This document shows positions 18,017 to 28,800 of a stretch of 64,000 nt of DNA, piece by piece. Position numbers and translations under genes: made by a program. How positions within the stretch are numbered: position 1 is the first letter of the stretch; every line of letters begins with the position of its first letter. The notes below the pieces were generated by a model. The model saw only the letters and a program-made list of their open reading frames with translations. It was not told where the DNA came from and did not search any database. This stretch comes from a virus, in the IMG/VR virus record IMGVR_UViG_3300047472_000281, positions 6,334-70,333 of that record; one strand, 5' to 3'.

Positions 18017-18531
18017 TGGAAGGCTTCGCCCCGGCGGTTTACGCCCCGCGCAAGGCGGGCGAACTCCGCATCGCCGTGCTCCAGGAAGGAAGCGGCGAGA
18101 ACGCCCCGCCGCTGGCGGTGCAGTTCGCCGTTCCCGACTATCTGGAGATCTGCAAGGCCGAGGCGAAAGCCGCCGAGGCCATGGCGGCGATCCGTGAAGC
18201 GTCGGGGCACCTGACGGTCTATGGCCTGAAGGATCGCAAGATCGACGACACCGACTTGGCGGGCCTGGCCCGCCTGGTCAGCAATGTCGAGACCGCGCGA
18301 CACCTGTGGCGAGACTGGAACTTCCACGAGAAAGACGGGGAGGGCGTCCTTCACAAGGTCGCCCTCAACGCCGCCAACATCCTGCGCCTCCTGGAGGACT
18401 CGGGTTGTCGGACCGCGTGGGCGGCGCACTTCGACGCGGCCACGCCGCTGGAGCGCGCCGAGGGAAACGTCTCCGCCGCCTTGCCGAATGGGAACACGGT
18501 GAAGGCGGCGACTGGTGCAGACGTTGCGTAA
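18016..18531 (+). CDS. Tail assembly chaperone (gpG-like)
   Basis: Between tube and tape measure; contains in-frame G GGA AAC slippery heptamer. Confidence 0.8.
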   Translation: MEGFAPAVYAPRKAGELRIAVLQEGSGENAPPLAVQFAVPDYLEICKAEAKAAEAMAAIREASGHLTVYGLKDRKIDDTDLAGLARLVSNVETARHLWRDWNFHEKDGEGVLHKVALNAANILRLLEDSGCRTAWAAHFDAATPLERAEGNVSAALPNGNTVKAATGADVA

Positions 18532-18851
18532 AGCTCGATCGACCCTGTAGCCGCGGCCTCCCCCAGGTATCCGGACGGTTCTGTCCCCGGATCGCCAACC
18601 AGCCCCGGACGGCCGAGGGTCACCTGGCCCTCGATATCGGCGACCGCCCGGGCAATTGGGCCCGCGCGGGCCAGCTGGCCAGCATCGTCGGCCTCAACTG
18701 GTCGGCGGTGGTCGGCCTGATCCCATCGGCCGCCGACAGGGAGAAGATCGAGCACCTGCTGAAGGCCTATGAAACCGGCCTGATCTCGGGCGCGGCCAAG
18801 GCGGCCAGGGCGGCGCAGGACAAGGCCGACAAGGTCAAGGAACAGCAATGA
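18462..18851 (+). CDS. Tail assembly chaperone -1 frameshift extension (gpGT-like)
   Basis: GGGAAAC at 18462-18468 opens into the -1 frame ORF (KRLRRLAEW...CRRC...CPR) ending 18851. Confidence 0.75.
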   Translation, partial: GKRLRRLAEWEHGEGGDWCRRCVKLDRPCSRGLPQVSGRFCPRIANQPRTAEGHLALDIGDRPGNWARAGQLASIVGLNWSAVVGLIPSAADREKIEHLLKAYETGLISGAAKAARAAQDKADKVKEQQ

Positions 18852-19486
18852 TCGGGTACCGGCAGCGAGGCGACGACCTGGCCGCCTTCGTGCGCGGTTC
18901 CTTGATCGACAGCCAAGAGGCCGAACAGGCCGCCGTCCGGATGTCGGCGTTCCGGGCGGCGCGTGAATGGCGTCGTCAGATCAAGACTGGCTTCCGGACC
19001 GGCTCTCGCCTCTACAAGGCCAAGGGCTGGTCCAAAGGGGTCTTGGTCAGGAAGCGGACGCCGGTCCGCTATGAGGTCGGCGACAAGGCCACCTATTCTA
19101 AGGGCCGCTCGCAAAAGGTCGGGCTGTCGTGGGTGTTCGACAACGCGCCGACCATCCGAGGCCGGCGCGGCTGGGTGGCCGTCCCGATCGAAGGCCGAGC
19201 GCCGGTGGCGTCCAGCGGCCGCCGCTACATGTGGCCTAGCGAGGCCGCCGCCGCCGGCTATGAACTGGAAATCGCCCCCGTCATGGGCAAGCGGTACAAG
19301 CTGATCATGGGCCGGCGGGGCCCACACGACCACTGGATCGCCATGTGGTTCTACATCCCGCCATACCGGGCCAAGAAGGGCCTGGACCTTGACGGCATCC
19401 ATCGCCGCCAAGACGCCGCGATCGATCAGGTCTGGGGCGAAGAACTCGACAAGCGCACCGCGAGGCGGGCCCGCCGCTCCTTCTGA
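18848..19486 (+). CDS. Basic neck/tail completion-like protein (DUF6441-like)
   Basis: Arg/Lys-rich; TIRGRRGWVAVPI motif; ATGA overlap. Confidence 0.55.
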   Translation: MIGYRQRGDDLAAFVRGSLIDSQEAEQAAVRMSAFRAAREWRRQIKTGFRTGSRLYKAKGWSKGVLVRKRTPVRYEVGDKATYSKGRSQKVGLSWVFDNAPTIRGRRGWVAVPIEGRAPVASSGRRYMWPSEAAAAGYELEIAPVMGKRYKLIMGRRGPHDHWIAMWFYIPPYRAKKGLDLDGIHRRQDAAIDQVWGEELDKRTARRARRSF

Positions 19487-19540
19487 GCCGGGCTCTCGCC
19501 GCAGTGCGCCTCCACCACAACGCAAGGTACGGGCAAAGCC

Positions 19541-22500
19541 ATGGCGGTTCGCGAGTCGAAGCTGGTCTTCTCCGCGCCGGGGGCGGACTCCGCCAAGATG
19601 CGCGTGGTCAGCCTGACCGAGGCGCTGGAGACCCAGAAGCGCCGCAGCGACGAATTGTCCGTCACCCTGGCTAGGCAAAAGGTGGGCGTCGATCTGTTCG
19701 GCGCTGTCTCGCAGTCGGCGACGGCCAAGGTCACCAGCCTGACCAACAGCATCGGCCCGCTGGGCGCCGGTCTGGGCGCGCTGAGCCGCGGGATCGACCC
19801 CGGCGTCAATGGCCTGCTGAAGTGGGCGTCGGCGGCCGAGAAGGTGAGCCTCACCAACCGGCTGATGAACACCGCCTTCATCGGCGGTACGACGGCCATG
19901 ATCGCCGGCAGCATCGCCTTGGGCGCGATGATCGACGACGCCATTCGGGCGGGCGACACCTATTCGACCCTGCACGCCAGGATCCGCACCTTCTCGGACG
20001 GCCTCATCGCCACCGCCGAGAACGAACGGGCGATCTATGCGGCCTCGAAAGAGTCGCGGGTTGCCGTGGCTGACCTGACGACGCTCTACACTCGCCTGTC
20101 GCCGGCGGTGAAGGACTATGGCCGCAGCCAGCAGGACGCCCTGACCATCACCCAGTTGACCAGCAAGGCGCTGGCCATCCAGGGAGCGGACGTCCGCGAG
20201 CAGGCCGCCGCCACGGTGCAGTTCAGCCAGGCCATCGCGTCCGGCGTGCTGCGCGGCGACGAACTGCGCTCGCTGCTGGAAAGCTCGCCGCAGCTGCTGC
20301 GCTATGTGGCCCAGAACCTGGAGATCAACGGCAAGGTCGGCGTCGCCTTCAGCCAGCTGCGCAAGCTGGGCGAGGCCGGCACGCTGACCACGGACAAGCT
20401 GATCTCGGCGCTGCTGAAGGCTCAGCCGGCGATCGAGCGCGACTTCATCAACGCCCCGAAGACCGCCCAGCAGGGCTGGGTGGTGCTGAAGGATCAGGTC
20501 ACCCGCACGGTCGGCACGATCGACCAGACCATCGGCGGCCAGCGGGCGGTGGTCGAATGGCTCGGCAAGATGGCCGATGGCGCCGAAAAGTGGCGCCAGA
20601 AGATGCTGCTGGACCCAGCGTCGTTCAACGGCTTGAAGGCGGCCGGCGACTTCATCGGCGACGCCGTGGCCTCGATCGGCACGCTGGGCAAGGTCGCCGC
20701 TGAGAACTTCGACACCATCGTCACGGCCGGTGAAGGCGTGATCGCCCTGAAGCTGGGCTCGGTCATGGCCAGCTGGTTCGCGGCCGCCGCCCAGGGAGCC
20801 AAGAACGCTTATGTCGATCTGAAGGGCTTCCAGGACGCCGCGCGTTTCCAGGCCGGCGCGACCCAGAACCCGGTCATGGCGCAGGCCGCCACCGCCGCCC
20901 GCGCGGCCGCCACCGCCGCCGACGTCGCGGCGACCGAGAAGGCCGCCGCCGCCGAGATGGCGCAGGCTCGCGCTCTGGGGGTCCGCAGCGCCGCCGACAA
21001 GGCCCAGGCCGTCACCGAAGCGGCCCGTCGAACGGAGGCCAATGCGCAGGGCCGCGCCCAGGCGGCCTTGGCCAAGGTTGAGCGCGACGCCGGCAAGGAC
21101 ATTGCCACAGCTCAGCGATTGAAGGGCGAGGCGGCGGAGATCCGCGCCCGGCTCGAGGAAGACGCCAACCGGCGCATCGCCGCGTCCGCCAAGGCGGCCG
21201 ACGCCGCTACGGATGCGAAGGGGCTGTCGAAGGCGGGGATCGGCACGGCCGGCTCCTACTACGGCAAGCTGGCCCAGGAAGACGCCCGCACGGCGGCCAT
21301 GCTCACCGACCAGCAGCGCCAGCAGCAACTGGCCAGATTGCGCGAGATCGAAGTTGCCGAGGCGCGCGCGGCCGCCACCATCGAAGCCAGCGAACATCGC
21401 AAGGCCGCCGCTGTCGTGGCGGCGGACGCCGAGATCGCGTCCGCGTCGAACGCGGTGATCGCGCGCCAGGCGGCCGAGGCGGAGTCCGCCGCCCTGGTCG
21501 CGGCGGCCGAGCGTAGCGAAACCCAGGCCAAGGGCGCCAACGTCGCGGCGACGAACGCCGCCGCCGGCGCCGCCTTGCGCAACACGGTGGCCCAGGAAAC
21601 TGAGGCGCTCGTCACCAAGGACGTGACGACCGCCATGCTGATCAAGCAGGGCGCCATGAAGGTCGGCGTCGGCCTCTACAACCTGCTTGGCGGCGCCGTC
21701 GGCGTGGCGACCCTGGCGATTGGCGGTCTGATTTGGGCGGTCATGGAGGCCAACCGGGCCGAGAAGGAACACTACGACGCGATCCGCGCCACGGTAGACG
21801 TCACCGATCGGCTACGCGCATCGACGCAGGAACTGACAGCGGCGACCTGGGCGGAGGTGCCCGGCATCCTGGCGGCGGCCAAAGCGCTGCGCGAGAAGGC
21901 CGCCGCCGCCGAGGCTGACAACCGCGCGACGCTGCGCGGAAAGCAGGCCCGGCTCGAAGAGGTTCGCGGCCAGATGAAGGCGCCCGGCTCGCCGGAAGCC
22001 GCCCAGGGCCTGATCTATGAGGCCGCAAGTCTTGAAAAGGCGATCACCAAGCTCGGTGGCGCGCTCGGCAACGAGAACTTGAACGCCGCGACCCGCGCTC
22101 AAGCGGCCTATCGGGAACAGATCATCGCTGCTGCAAAGGAGAAGTCCTATGCCCAGACCCAGCTGGATCGCGGTACCGACGCCTCTGGACGCACGCTGAG
22201 CGCCGAGCAGAAATCGTCCCTCACCCAGCTGGTGAACGGCAAGCAGGCGTGGCTGCAGACCCAGGTCGACAAGATCCAAGTCGACATGGCGGTGGTTGAC
22301 CGAAAACTGGCCCTGACCGACGTCAAGCGCCCGCGCGGTCAATCCACGGCGGAAGACAAGCAGGGTCTGGCGGCGCTCAGCAAATCGCTGGGCGAGATCT
22401 TCAACTATGCGTCTGAAGGCGCTCAGCCATCGCGGACGGGTAAGCCGACAACGCCGACGACCAAGCCCAAGAAGGTCGCCGTTCCGGGCGGTGTTTCCGA

Positions 22501-24070
22501 GGCTTACACCGATCTCCTGAAAGCCGGCTTCCTGCAGCTGAAGGGCGGCGAGGGCTATGCCGCCGACGATGGCAAGGTGTCGCTGAACGGCAAGAACGTC
22601 ACGGCCCGCTCGGCCGACGAAGCGACCGCTCTGGCCAACTACGTCAAGGTGGTCGAGAGCCTGAACGACGCGACCGACAAGCAGTTGGCCAAGAAGGCCG
22701 AACAGCTGGGCGTGTCGGTCAAGACGCGCGCCGAGCTGAAACTGGCCGCCGGCGCCGTGCTCGCCGAGGAGATGGCCAACAGCAAGGCCGCCCAGGCCGA
22801 CGAGAAGTGGGCCGACATCAAGGCCGAGATGACGGGCACGACCCGTACGCAGATCAAGGCCGAGAACGACCTGCAGCGCCTGATCAAGGACGGCCTGGAG
22901 CCCAAGCAGGAAGACATCGACGCCTATAAGGCCTGGATCAAGGCGCGAGAGGCCGCGTCCAAGCTGGCCGAGCGACTGCAGCTGGCCAATCCAGTCGTCC
23001 AGCGCGGCTTCGACACGGCGTTGTCTGGATCCGTCACTCCGGTGGACAGCCGCGGCGTCGTCGACGAGGCCGCTGCGATCAAGCGTGTGATGGCCGCCCG
23101 CGCAGCGGTGATGCTTGATGAAGACCGGGCGGTTCGCGAGGCCATCGACCGGCTGAAGCGGACCGGCGAGGTCAATGACGTCAACGCGGCCCAGAAGGCA
23201 GCCGATCTGAAGGCGGGCTATGCGGTCGCGCTGGAAATCCAGACCCAGGACCAGATCCTGGAGATCCGTCGGGGCTATCTCCAGGAAAACACCCAGGCGG
23301 CCGAGCAGCAGGCGGCGGAATCGGCTGACGCGATCGTCGGCGCCCTGAAGGATGCGACCTTCGGCGGCGACTACCATGACGTCGGCAAGCGGATCGGCGG
23401 CGACATCATGTCGGCGATCTATGACGAGATCCTAGGCAACCCTCTGCGCCTGCTGATCAAGAGCGCGATCAGCGGCCTGATGACGCCAGGGTCCGGCGTC
23501 GGGCTGTTCGGCGGCCTGGTGAACGCCGGCCTGGGCATGGTCGGCCATGCCAACCTGAGCACGACGATCGCCACATCCATCGCCAAGAACCCGAACCTGT
23601 TCGCCGACGGCCGTGTGCCTGGCTACGCCAACGGTCGCCTGAATGGCCGGATGGACGGTCACATCTTCCGGGGGCGCGGTGGTCCGCGTGGCGACGAAAA
23701 CATGGTGCGGATCAGCGACAAGGAAGCGATCATCAACGCGCAGAGCACAGCGCGGTATCCCGGCCCGCTAGACGCGATCAATAAAGGCGTCTTCGAAGAA
23801 TATATCTATGGCCGCCGCCACGCCGACGGCTTCGTCCCTCAGGCGCCCCGAGTGAACCTGCCGTCATCGGCGATCAGCCGTCGGGAGGGCGACGTGTATC
23901 TCGTTAACCAGACGGGCGTGGATGCTAGGGCGACCAAGCGCACCGACGAGCGCGGCAACACCCACATCGACCTGAAGCCCTTGGCCGACCAAATGGCCAG
24001 GAGCGCGGGCCAGTCCGGCGCCCTGAAGCGCGGCCTGCAGCAGTCGCCCCAAACCAAGACGAGAGCGTAA
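19541..24070 (+). CDS. Tail tape measure protein
   Basis: 1509 aa Ala-rich; QFSQAIASGVLRGDELRSLLE tape-measure domain; FADG/GxGGPRGD C-terminus. Confidence 0.95.
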   Translation: MAVRESKLVFSAPGADSAKMRVVSLTEALETQKRRSDELSVTLARQKVGVDLFGAVSQSATAKVTSLTNSIGPLGAGLGALSRGIDPGVNGLLKWASAAEKVSLTNRLMNTAFIGGTTAMIAGSIALGAMIDDAIRAGDTYSTLHARIRTFSDGLIATAENERAIYAASKESRVAVADLTTLYTRLSPAVKDYGRSQQDALTITQLTSKALAIQGADVREQAAATVQFSQAIASGVLRGDELRSLLESSPQLLRYVAQNLEINGKVGVAFSQLRKLGEAGTLTTDKLISALLKAQPAIERDFINAPKTAQQGWVVLKDQVTRTVGTIDQTIGGQRAVVEWLGKMADGAEKWRQKMLLDPASFNGLKAAGDFIGDAVASIGTLGKVAAENFDTIVTAGEGVIALKLGSVMASWFAAAAQGAKNAYVDLKGFQDAARFQAGATQNPVMAQAATAARAAATAADVAATEKAAAAEMAQARALGVRSAADKAQAVTEAARRTEANAQGRAQAALAKVERDAGKDIATAQRLKGEAAEIRARLEEDANRRIAASAKAADAATDAKGLSKAGIGTAGSYYGKLAQEDARTAAMLTDQQRQQQLARLREIEVAEARAAATIEASEHRKAAAVVAADAEIASASNAVIARQAAEAESAALVAAAERSETQAKGANVAATNAAAGAALRNTVAQETEALVTKDVTTAMLIKQGAMKVGVGLYNLLGGAVGVATLAIGGLIWAVMEANRAEKEHYDAIRATVDVTDRLRASTQELTAATWAEVPGILAAAKALREKAAAAEADNRATLRGKQARLEEVRGQMKAPGSPEAAQGLIYEAASLEKAITKLGGALGNENLNAATRAQAAYREQIIAAAKEKSYAQTQLDRGTDASGRTLSAEQKSSLTQLVNGKQAWLQTQVDKIQVDMAVVDRKLALTDVKRPRGQSTAEDKQGLAALSKSLGEIFNYASEGAQPSRTGKPTTPTTKPKKVAVPGGVSEAYTDLLKAGFLQLKGGEGYAADDGKVSLNGKNVTARSADEATALANYVKVVESLNDATDKQLAKKAEQLGVSVKTRAELKLAAGAVLAEEMANSKAAQADEKWADIKAEMTGTTRTQIKAENDLQRLIKDGLEPKQEDIDAYKAWIKAREAASKLAERLQLANPVVQRGFDTALSGSVTPVDSRGVVDEAAAIKRVMAARAAVMLDEDRAVREAIDRLKRTGEVNDVNAAQKAADLKAGYAVALEIQTQDQILEIRRGYLQENTQAAEQQAAESADAIVGALKDATFGGDYHDVGKRIGGDIMSAIYDEILGNPLRLLIKSAISGLMTPGSGVGLFGGLVNAGLGMVGHANLSTTIATSIAKNPNLFADGRVPGYANGRLNGRMDGHIFRGRGGPRGDENMVRISDKEAIINAQSTARYPGPLDAINKGVFEEYIYGRRHADGFVPQAPRVNLPSSAISRREGDVYLVNQTGVDARATKRTDERGNTHIDLKPLADQMARSAGQSGALKRGLQQSPQTKTRA

Positions 24071-24957
24071 TGGCCGGCAACGGACTGACGAACGCCAGCT
24101 TCCTTGACGGGGTTGGCGCCTGGACCGCCGTGGGCGGAACCCTGAGCGTCGACGAAGGGGCGCCAGGACGGGGCGGCCAGGGCAGGGCAGTGCTCACCGC
24201 GACCCGCAACGCCACCGCTGGCGGTCAGACCGCTGGCGCCCGCTCGCAGGGCATCGCGGTGGTAGCCGGCCGGATGTTGGAGGTCGCATGCCTGTACGGA
24301 TCGACCGCCACGAACGTCGAGGCGGCCCTGGCGGTCTATTCCGGCGCGACGCTGCTGTCGCGCACTGTCCTGCCCCGCGGCTGGATCGCAGACGGCCCGA
24401 GCCGTCACGGCGCGCCGGAAACGTTGAACTCGGCCTATGCGCTGATGGCGGCGCCGAACACGGGCGACGCCAAGATCGAGGTGGTAGCGACGTCAGCCGC
24501 CGCCGGCGCAATGGAGGCCTGGCTCTCGAAGCCCTATCTCGACGGCGCCTGGCAGGACCGGAAGACCTATGTCTGGGATCCCGGTGCCTTCGACAATATC
24601 GACCTGGCCGGCTATCGGGTCTGGCCGCCCGCGTTCCCGCCTGTCCTGCTGGAAGGCTACAGCGCGAAAAAGACGCCTATCCGCGAGGCGTCGACCGGCG
24701 ATGGCGGCCGCGAGGAGACGATCCGCAAGGCGGGGATCGCCGCGACCCGGTTGACGGGCCGCATGCGGATGACGAGGGCGCTCTACGCCGATCTTGAGGC
24801 CTTCTTCGGCGCATCGGACCAGCCCTTCCTGTTCGTGAGGCCTGACACCGCCCAGTTGTGCAAAGCCACATGGCTGGCCGATGGCGAACCGGACACCGAG
24901 CCGACCGGCGTGGGCGACGTCTACGCCTCGTTCGGCCTGCAGCTGGTGGTGCTGTAG
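24070..24957 (+). CDS. Distal tail protein with N-terminal carbohydrate-binding-like domain
   Basis: Follows tape measure; LTNASF..G...W N-terminus; WPPAFP...PFLF C-domain. Confidence 0.6.
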   Translation: MAGNGLTNASFLDGVGAWTAVGGTLSVDEGAPGRGGQGRAVLTATRNATAGGQTAGARSQGIAVVAGRMLEVACLYGSTATNVEAALAVYSGATLLSRTVLPRGWIADGPSRHGAPETLNSAYALMAAPNTGDAKIEVVATSAAAGAMEAWLSKPYLDGAWQDRKTYVWDPGAFDNIDLAGYRVWPPAFPPVLLEGYSAKKTPIREASTGDGGREETIRKAGIAATRLTGRMRMTRALYADLEAFFGASDQPFLFVRPDTAQLCKATWLADGEPDTEPTGVGDVYASFGLQLVVL

Positions 24958-25425
24958 ATGACGCTGACCGGGAACATGGTCCGCGACCTCTATGCCGAGC
25001 AGGCCAAGCCCGGCGCGGTCCTGCTGAGCATCACGGGTCAGGGCCTGGCCGAACCGTTCCTGGCCACCAGCTGGCCCGGCGGTCTGGCGGCCGACGACAC
25101 CTTCTATCCCTACGTGCCGTTCACGATGGACTGGCCGGGCTCCGGCGAGGGCGAGCCCAGCCGGGCGGCCAAGCTGGTGGTGCACGCGAGCGGCGAGGCG
25201 GTCGAGATGATCCGCCTGGTCACGGGCGGCCAGCCGGAGTGCGAGATCAAGCGCGTGCGCGTGGTGGCGCCGAATGTCGCCGAGCGGGCGCTGCGCAAGG
25301 GAACCATGACGAGCGCGACGCTGGAGGGCGGGACGATCAACATCCCGATCAACGGCCGCGACTACGCCAAGGAACCGGCGGTCGGCGCGCGCTACACGAT
25401 CGGCCGGACTCCCGGCAACTACTGA
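24958..25425 (+). CDS. Tail tip protein (DUF1833-like)
   Basis: PFTMDWP and YTxxRTPG motifs; position. Confidence 0.65.
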   Translation: MTLTGNMVRDLYAEQAKPGAVLLSITGQGLAEPFLATSWPGGLAADDTFYPYVPFTMDWPGSGEGEPSRAAKLVVHASGEAVEMIRLVTGGQPECEIKRVRVVAPNVAERALRKGTMTSATLEGGTINIPINGRDYAKEPAVGARYTIGRTPGNY

Positions 25426-25844
25426 TGATCAGCCCCGCCGAGCTCGCCCTTCTGGCCAAGGCCGAGGGGTACATCGTCGTGCCCTATCGGCTGCATGGCG
25501 CGAGCGTCGAGGCCTGGGACTGCCTGGGCTTGGTCAAGGTGCTGGCGCCGATCCTGTTCGGCTGGGAAGCGCCCTATGGCGTGGGCTTCTACAGCCGCAG
25601 GGACGCTGTGATCCCTGAACGCCGCGCGGCGCTGCTGGAACAGGGCGCCAGGGCCTGGAAGCCGTGCATCGCAAGGCCCGGTGTGGTCGCGCTGTTCAAG
25701 GATCTGGGGCGGCCAAATCACGTGGCGCTGATGCTGACCGCCAAGACCTTCATCCACGCCCGCGATGAGACGACCGGAACCGTGATCGAGGACATGACCA
25801 GGACTTGGTCGGACAAGCTTGTGGGATATTTCGAATGCGCGTGA
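25425..25844 (+). CDS. Tail-associated NlpC/P60 protein
   Basis: VPYRLHG...WDCLGLV, PG, HVAL, FIHA catalytic Cys/His; ATG at 25425. Confidence 0.85.
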   Translation: MISPAELALLAKAEGYIVVPYRLHGASVEAWDCLGLVKVLAPILFGWEAPYGVGFYSRRDAVIPERRAALLEQGARAWKPCIARPGVVALFKDLGRPNHVALMLTAKTFIHARDETTGTVIEDMTRTWSDKLVGYFECA

Positions 25845-28800
25845 TTGAGCGGTGCGACACGGCGGTCGGGCTGTTCATCGCCAGGAATCCGTCCGCGCCC
25901 GAGACGCGCGCCGCCGAGGTGCAGGCCGGCGCCGACCTAGCCGACCTGATCGCCCACGCAGTCAACATCGGCGCCCTTGGCGAAGACGACCTGCCGGACC
26001 TGCGGGTCTATGTCGACGGCGAGTCGGTGCCGTTCGCGACCTTCGAGGAAAAGGTCGAAGCGCTGGATCTGGTCCCGGCGGCCGGGTCGATGGTCAATCT
26101 GCAAGTCGAGCCGGCAGGCGGATCGAATAGCAGCGCTCGGACGGCGCTGACCGTCATCCTGACCGCCGTCGCGGTGGTCGCCGCCTTCACCGTCGGCCCG
26201 TTCACGGCGGCGCTGTGGCAGCTGGGCGCGGCGATCGTTCCGCAGCTGACCTTCCCGATCAAGGCGCCTGACACCCTGGCGGGTCCGAACGACCAGGGCG
26301 CGCTGAACTCTGCCGCCAACCAGCGCCGGTTGCGCGGGATGATGCCGCTGCAGTTGGGCGAGGGGCGGGCGGCGTTCGACGTCGCCGCCAACGCCTACAG
26401 CAGCATCATCAACGGCGAGGTGTGGCTGACCGTCATTTTCGGCGTTCACTACGGCCCGTGCTCGATCCGCGACTACAAGATCGGCGAGACGCTGCTGTCG
26501 GACTATCCGGCCGAAGACGTTCAGATCGAAGAAAAGCTGCTGCCGGGTGAGCGGATCTTCTCGCTCTACGCCCAGAGCGTGTCCCCGCAGCCGATGCAGG
26601 ACGAGTTGGACCTGGGCGGCGCCGGCGAGGTCCACACCACGGCAGAGCAGTGCGAGCGCGTCGAGGTCGACCTGACCTGGCCACAAGGTCTATCGTTCCG
26701 CAAGGACTCCGGGTCGATCGTCCAGCAGGAAACCCGCTGCAAGATCGAGTGGGCGCCGGTCGGCTCGGACAGCTGGTCGGCCGCGCCGATCGAGAACGGA
26801 CCGTTCAGCGACCGCCTGGGCGCCGCCCTGCCGGTCGGCACGGTTGACGTGATGGCCAAGACCCAGGATCCGGTGCGCCGCACCTTCTCCTGGACCAAGG
26901 GCAACGCCGACCAGATCAAGGTTCGGGTGACCGCATGGGACCCTGAAGGCGACGACGCCACCAAGGCGACCCAGACCGTCTTCTGGACCGATCTGCGCTC
27001 GATCGTCTTCAAGCAGCCCATCGTCGACCAGAACCTGGCTTGCGTGGCGTTTCGCATCAAGTCTAGCGACGACCTGGGCGGCACCCTGCCCACGGTAACC
27101 GGCGTGGTGACCCCCCACGCCCCGGTCTATGACAGCGAGACCGGTGTCTGGGACGACGACCTAGCCAACTGGGCGCCGACAGCCAACCACGCCGCCCATG
27201 TGCGCATGCTGCTGATGGCTCCGGCCGCCGCGAAGCCGGCGGACCCGGACGAGTGGGGCGACAGCTTCGGCGACGTCTATGACCTGATCGAAGAGCGCGG
27301 GTGGAAGGGCAGCTATCGCCTTGACCGCGAGGCCAGCCAGGAAGACGCCCTGAAGATCCTGGGCGCGATGGGGCGGTTCTCGGCCTATGACGCGGGCGAA
27401 GGCCTGGTGCTGGTGCCGGATTGGGAAAAACCGGTCGCGCGGCAGATCTTCACTGGCCGCAACGTCGAAAACTACAGCTACACCCGGACGTTCCCCGACC
27501 CGTGCCACGCTGTCGTGGTCGAGTTCCAGAACATCGACGAGGACGGCAAGGCCGACGAGGTCATCATCTATGCCGAAGGTTTCAGCGCCTATGGCAGCGA
27601 GGCCACCGAGGACGAAGAGGCCACGCTTCCCGCGACCCTGCTGGAGACCATCCGGCTTGACTGGCAGGCGACGGGAGATCGAGCGACCAAGGAAGGCTAT
27701 GTCTTCCTGGCCAAGCGCAACATCTCGGTCGAGGCGCACGAGTGGACCGCCGGGCCCAGCGCCATCGCGGCGTCCTATGGCGCTCGGGTAAAGCTGCGGC
27801 ACTATTCGGCGCTGTACGGCGCCGGTGAGGGCAGGGTTCAGTTCCGCCACTTCTCGGGCGGTCTGGTCAGCGGCGTTCGCCTCGACGACGAAGTCGAGAT
27901 GGTCGAGGGCGAAACCTATGCCCTCGACGTACAGCGGACCGACCGGATCATCCCCGGCATGCTGCTGGTCACCACGCCAGGCCGCACCCGCGACCTGATG
28001 TTCCCGGTGGCGCTGGCGCCGGAAGACGCGCCGGAGGCCGACGACACCGTCGCGTTCGGCCGCACCGACGTGGTCACGGAAGATCTCGAGATCGTGGACT
28101 TCTCGCCTTCAGGCGATCAGGTGCAGATCTCGGCGCGCAAATACATCGGACCGGAGTTGGTGGCCGCCGAGACCGGCGACATCCCCGAGTTCACGACCAA
28201 ACTGACACCGACGGCCAGGGCGCCGCGCCCGCGCCTGCTGGGCATCACGGCGGCCTCTCCAGACGGGGTGAAGATCGCCTTCGATGTGGCCGAGGTGCGC
28301 GGCGCGCTGATCGAGAGCTTCCCGGTTCGCTGGCGTCGTTCGACCTCGGACACCGACGAGAACCCCTGGCAGATCCTGACGCCACTGGCGGCCAATCAGC
28401 GGCTGGCGATCACCCCGCCGTTCCCCGATGCCGCGTCGGCCGGCCAGGATCCGGAGTCGGCGTACAAGGTCGATGTCGAGATCCGCAGCAAGCTGCGCTC
28501 TGGCGACGTCTCGGCGCCGTTGCTGGTCACCGACATCCAGGTGTCGCGCCTTGTCAAGCCGCCGACCGGCTTCGCGGCCGCCGGCGTCAAGCGGACGGCT
28601 GCGGACGGCTCGTCCTATCCGGCGCTGACCGTCAGCGCCAACGCCATCACGTCGGGCCTCGAGCAGGATCTGATTGTCGAGATCCGCCCGGCCGGTGGCT
28701 CGGACACGTCCTGGAAGAGCGCCGGCCAGCCGCTGGCGGCCAGCAACCCGATCGGCGACTTCACGGCGGTGACCAGCGGGTCCCTGCTGGACACCCGCGC

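Noticed and set aside
18767-23377. 1001-aa and 521-aa minus-strand ORFs
   Set aside because: Antisense shadows of the tape measure gene
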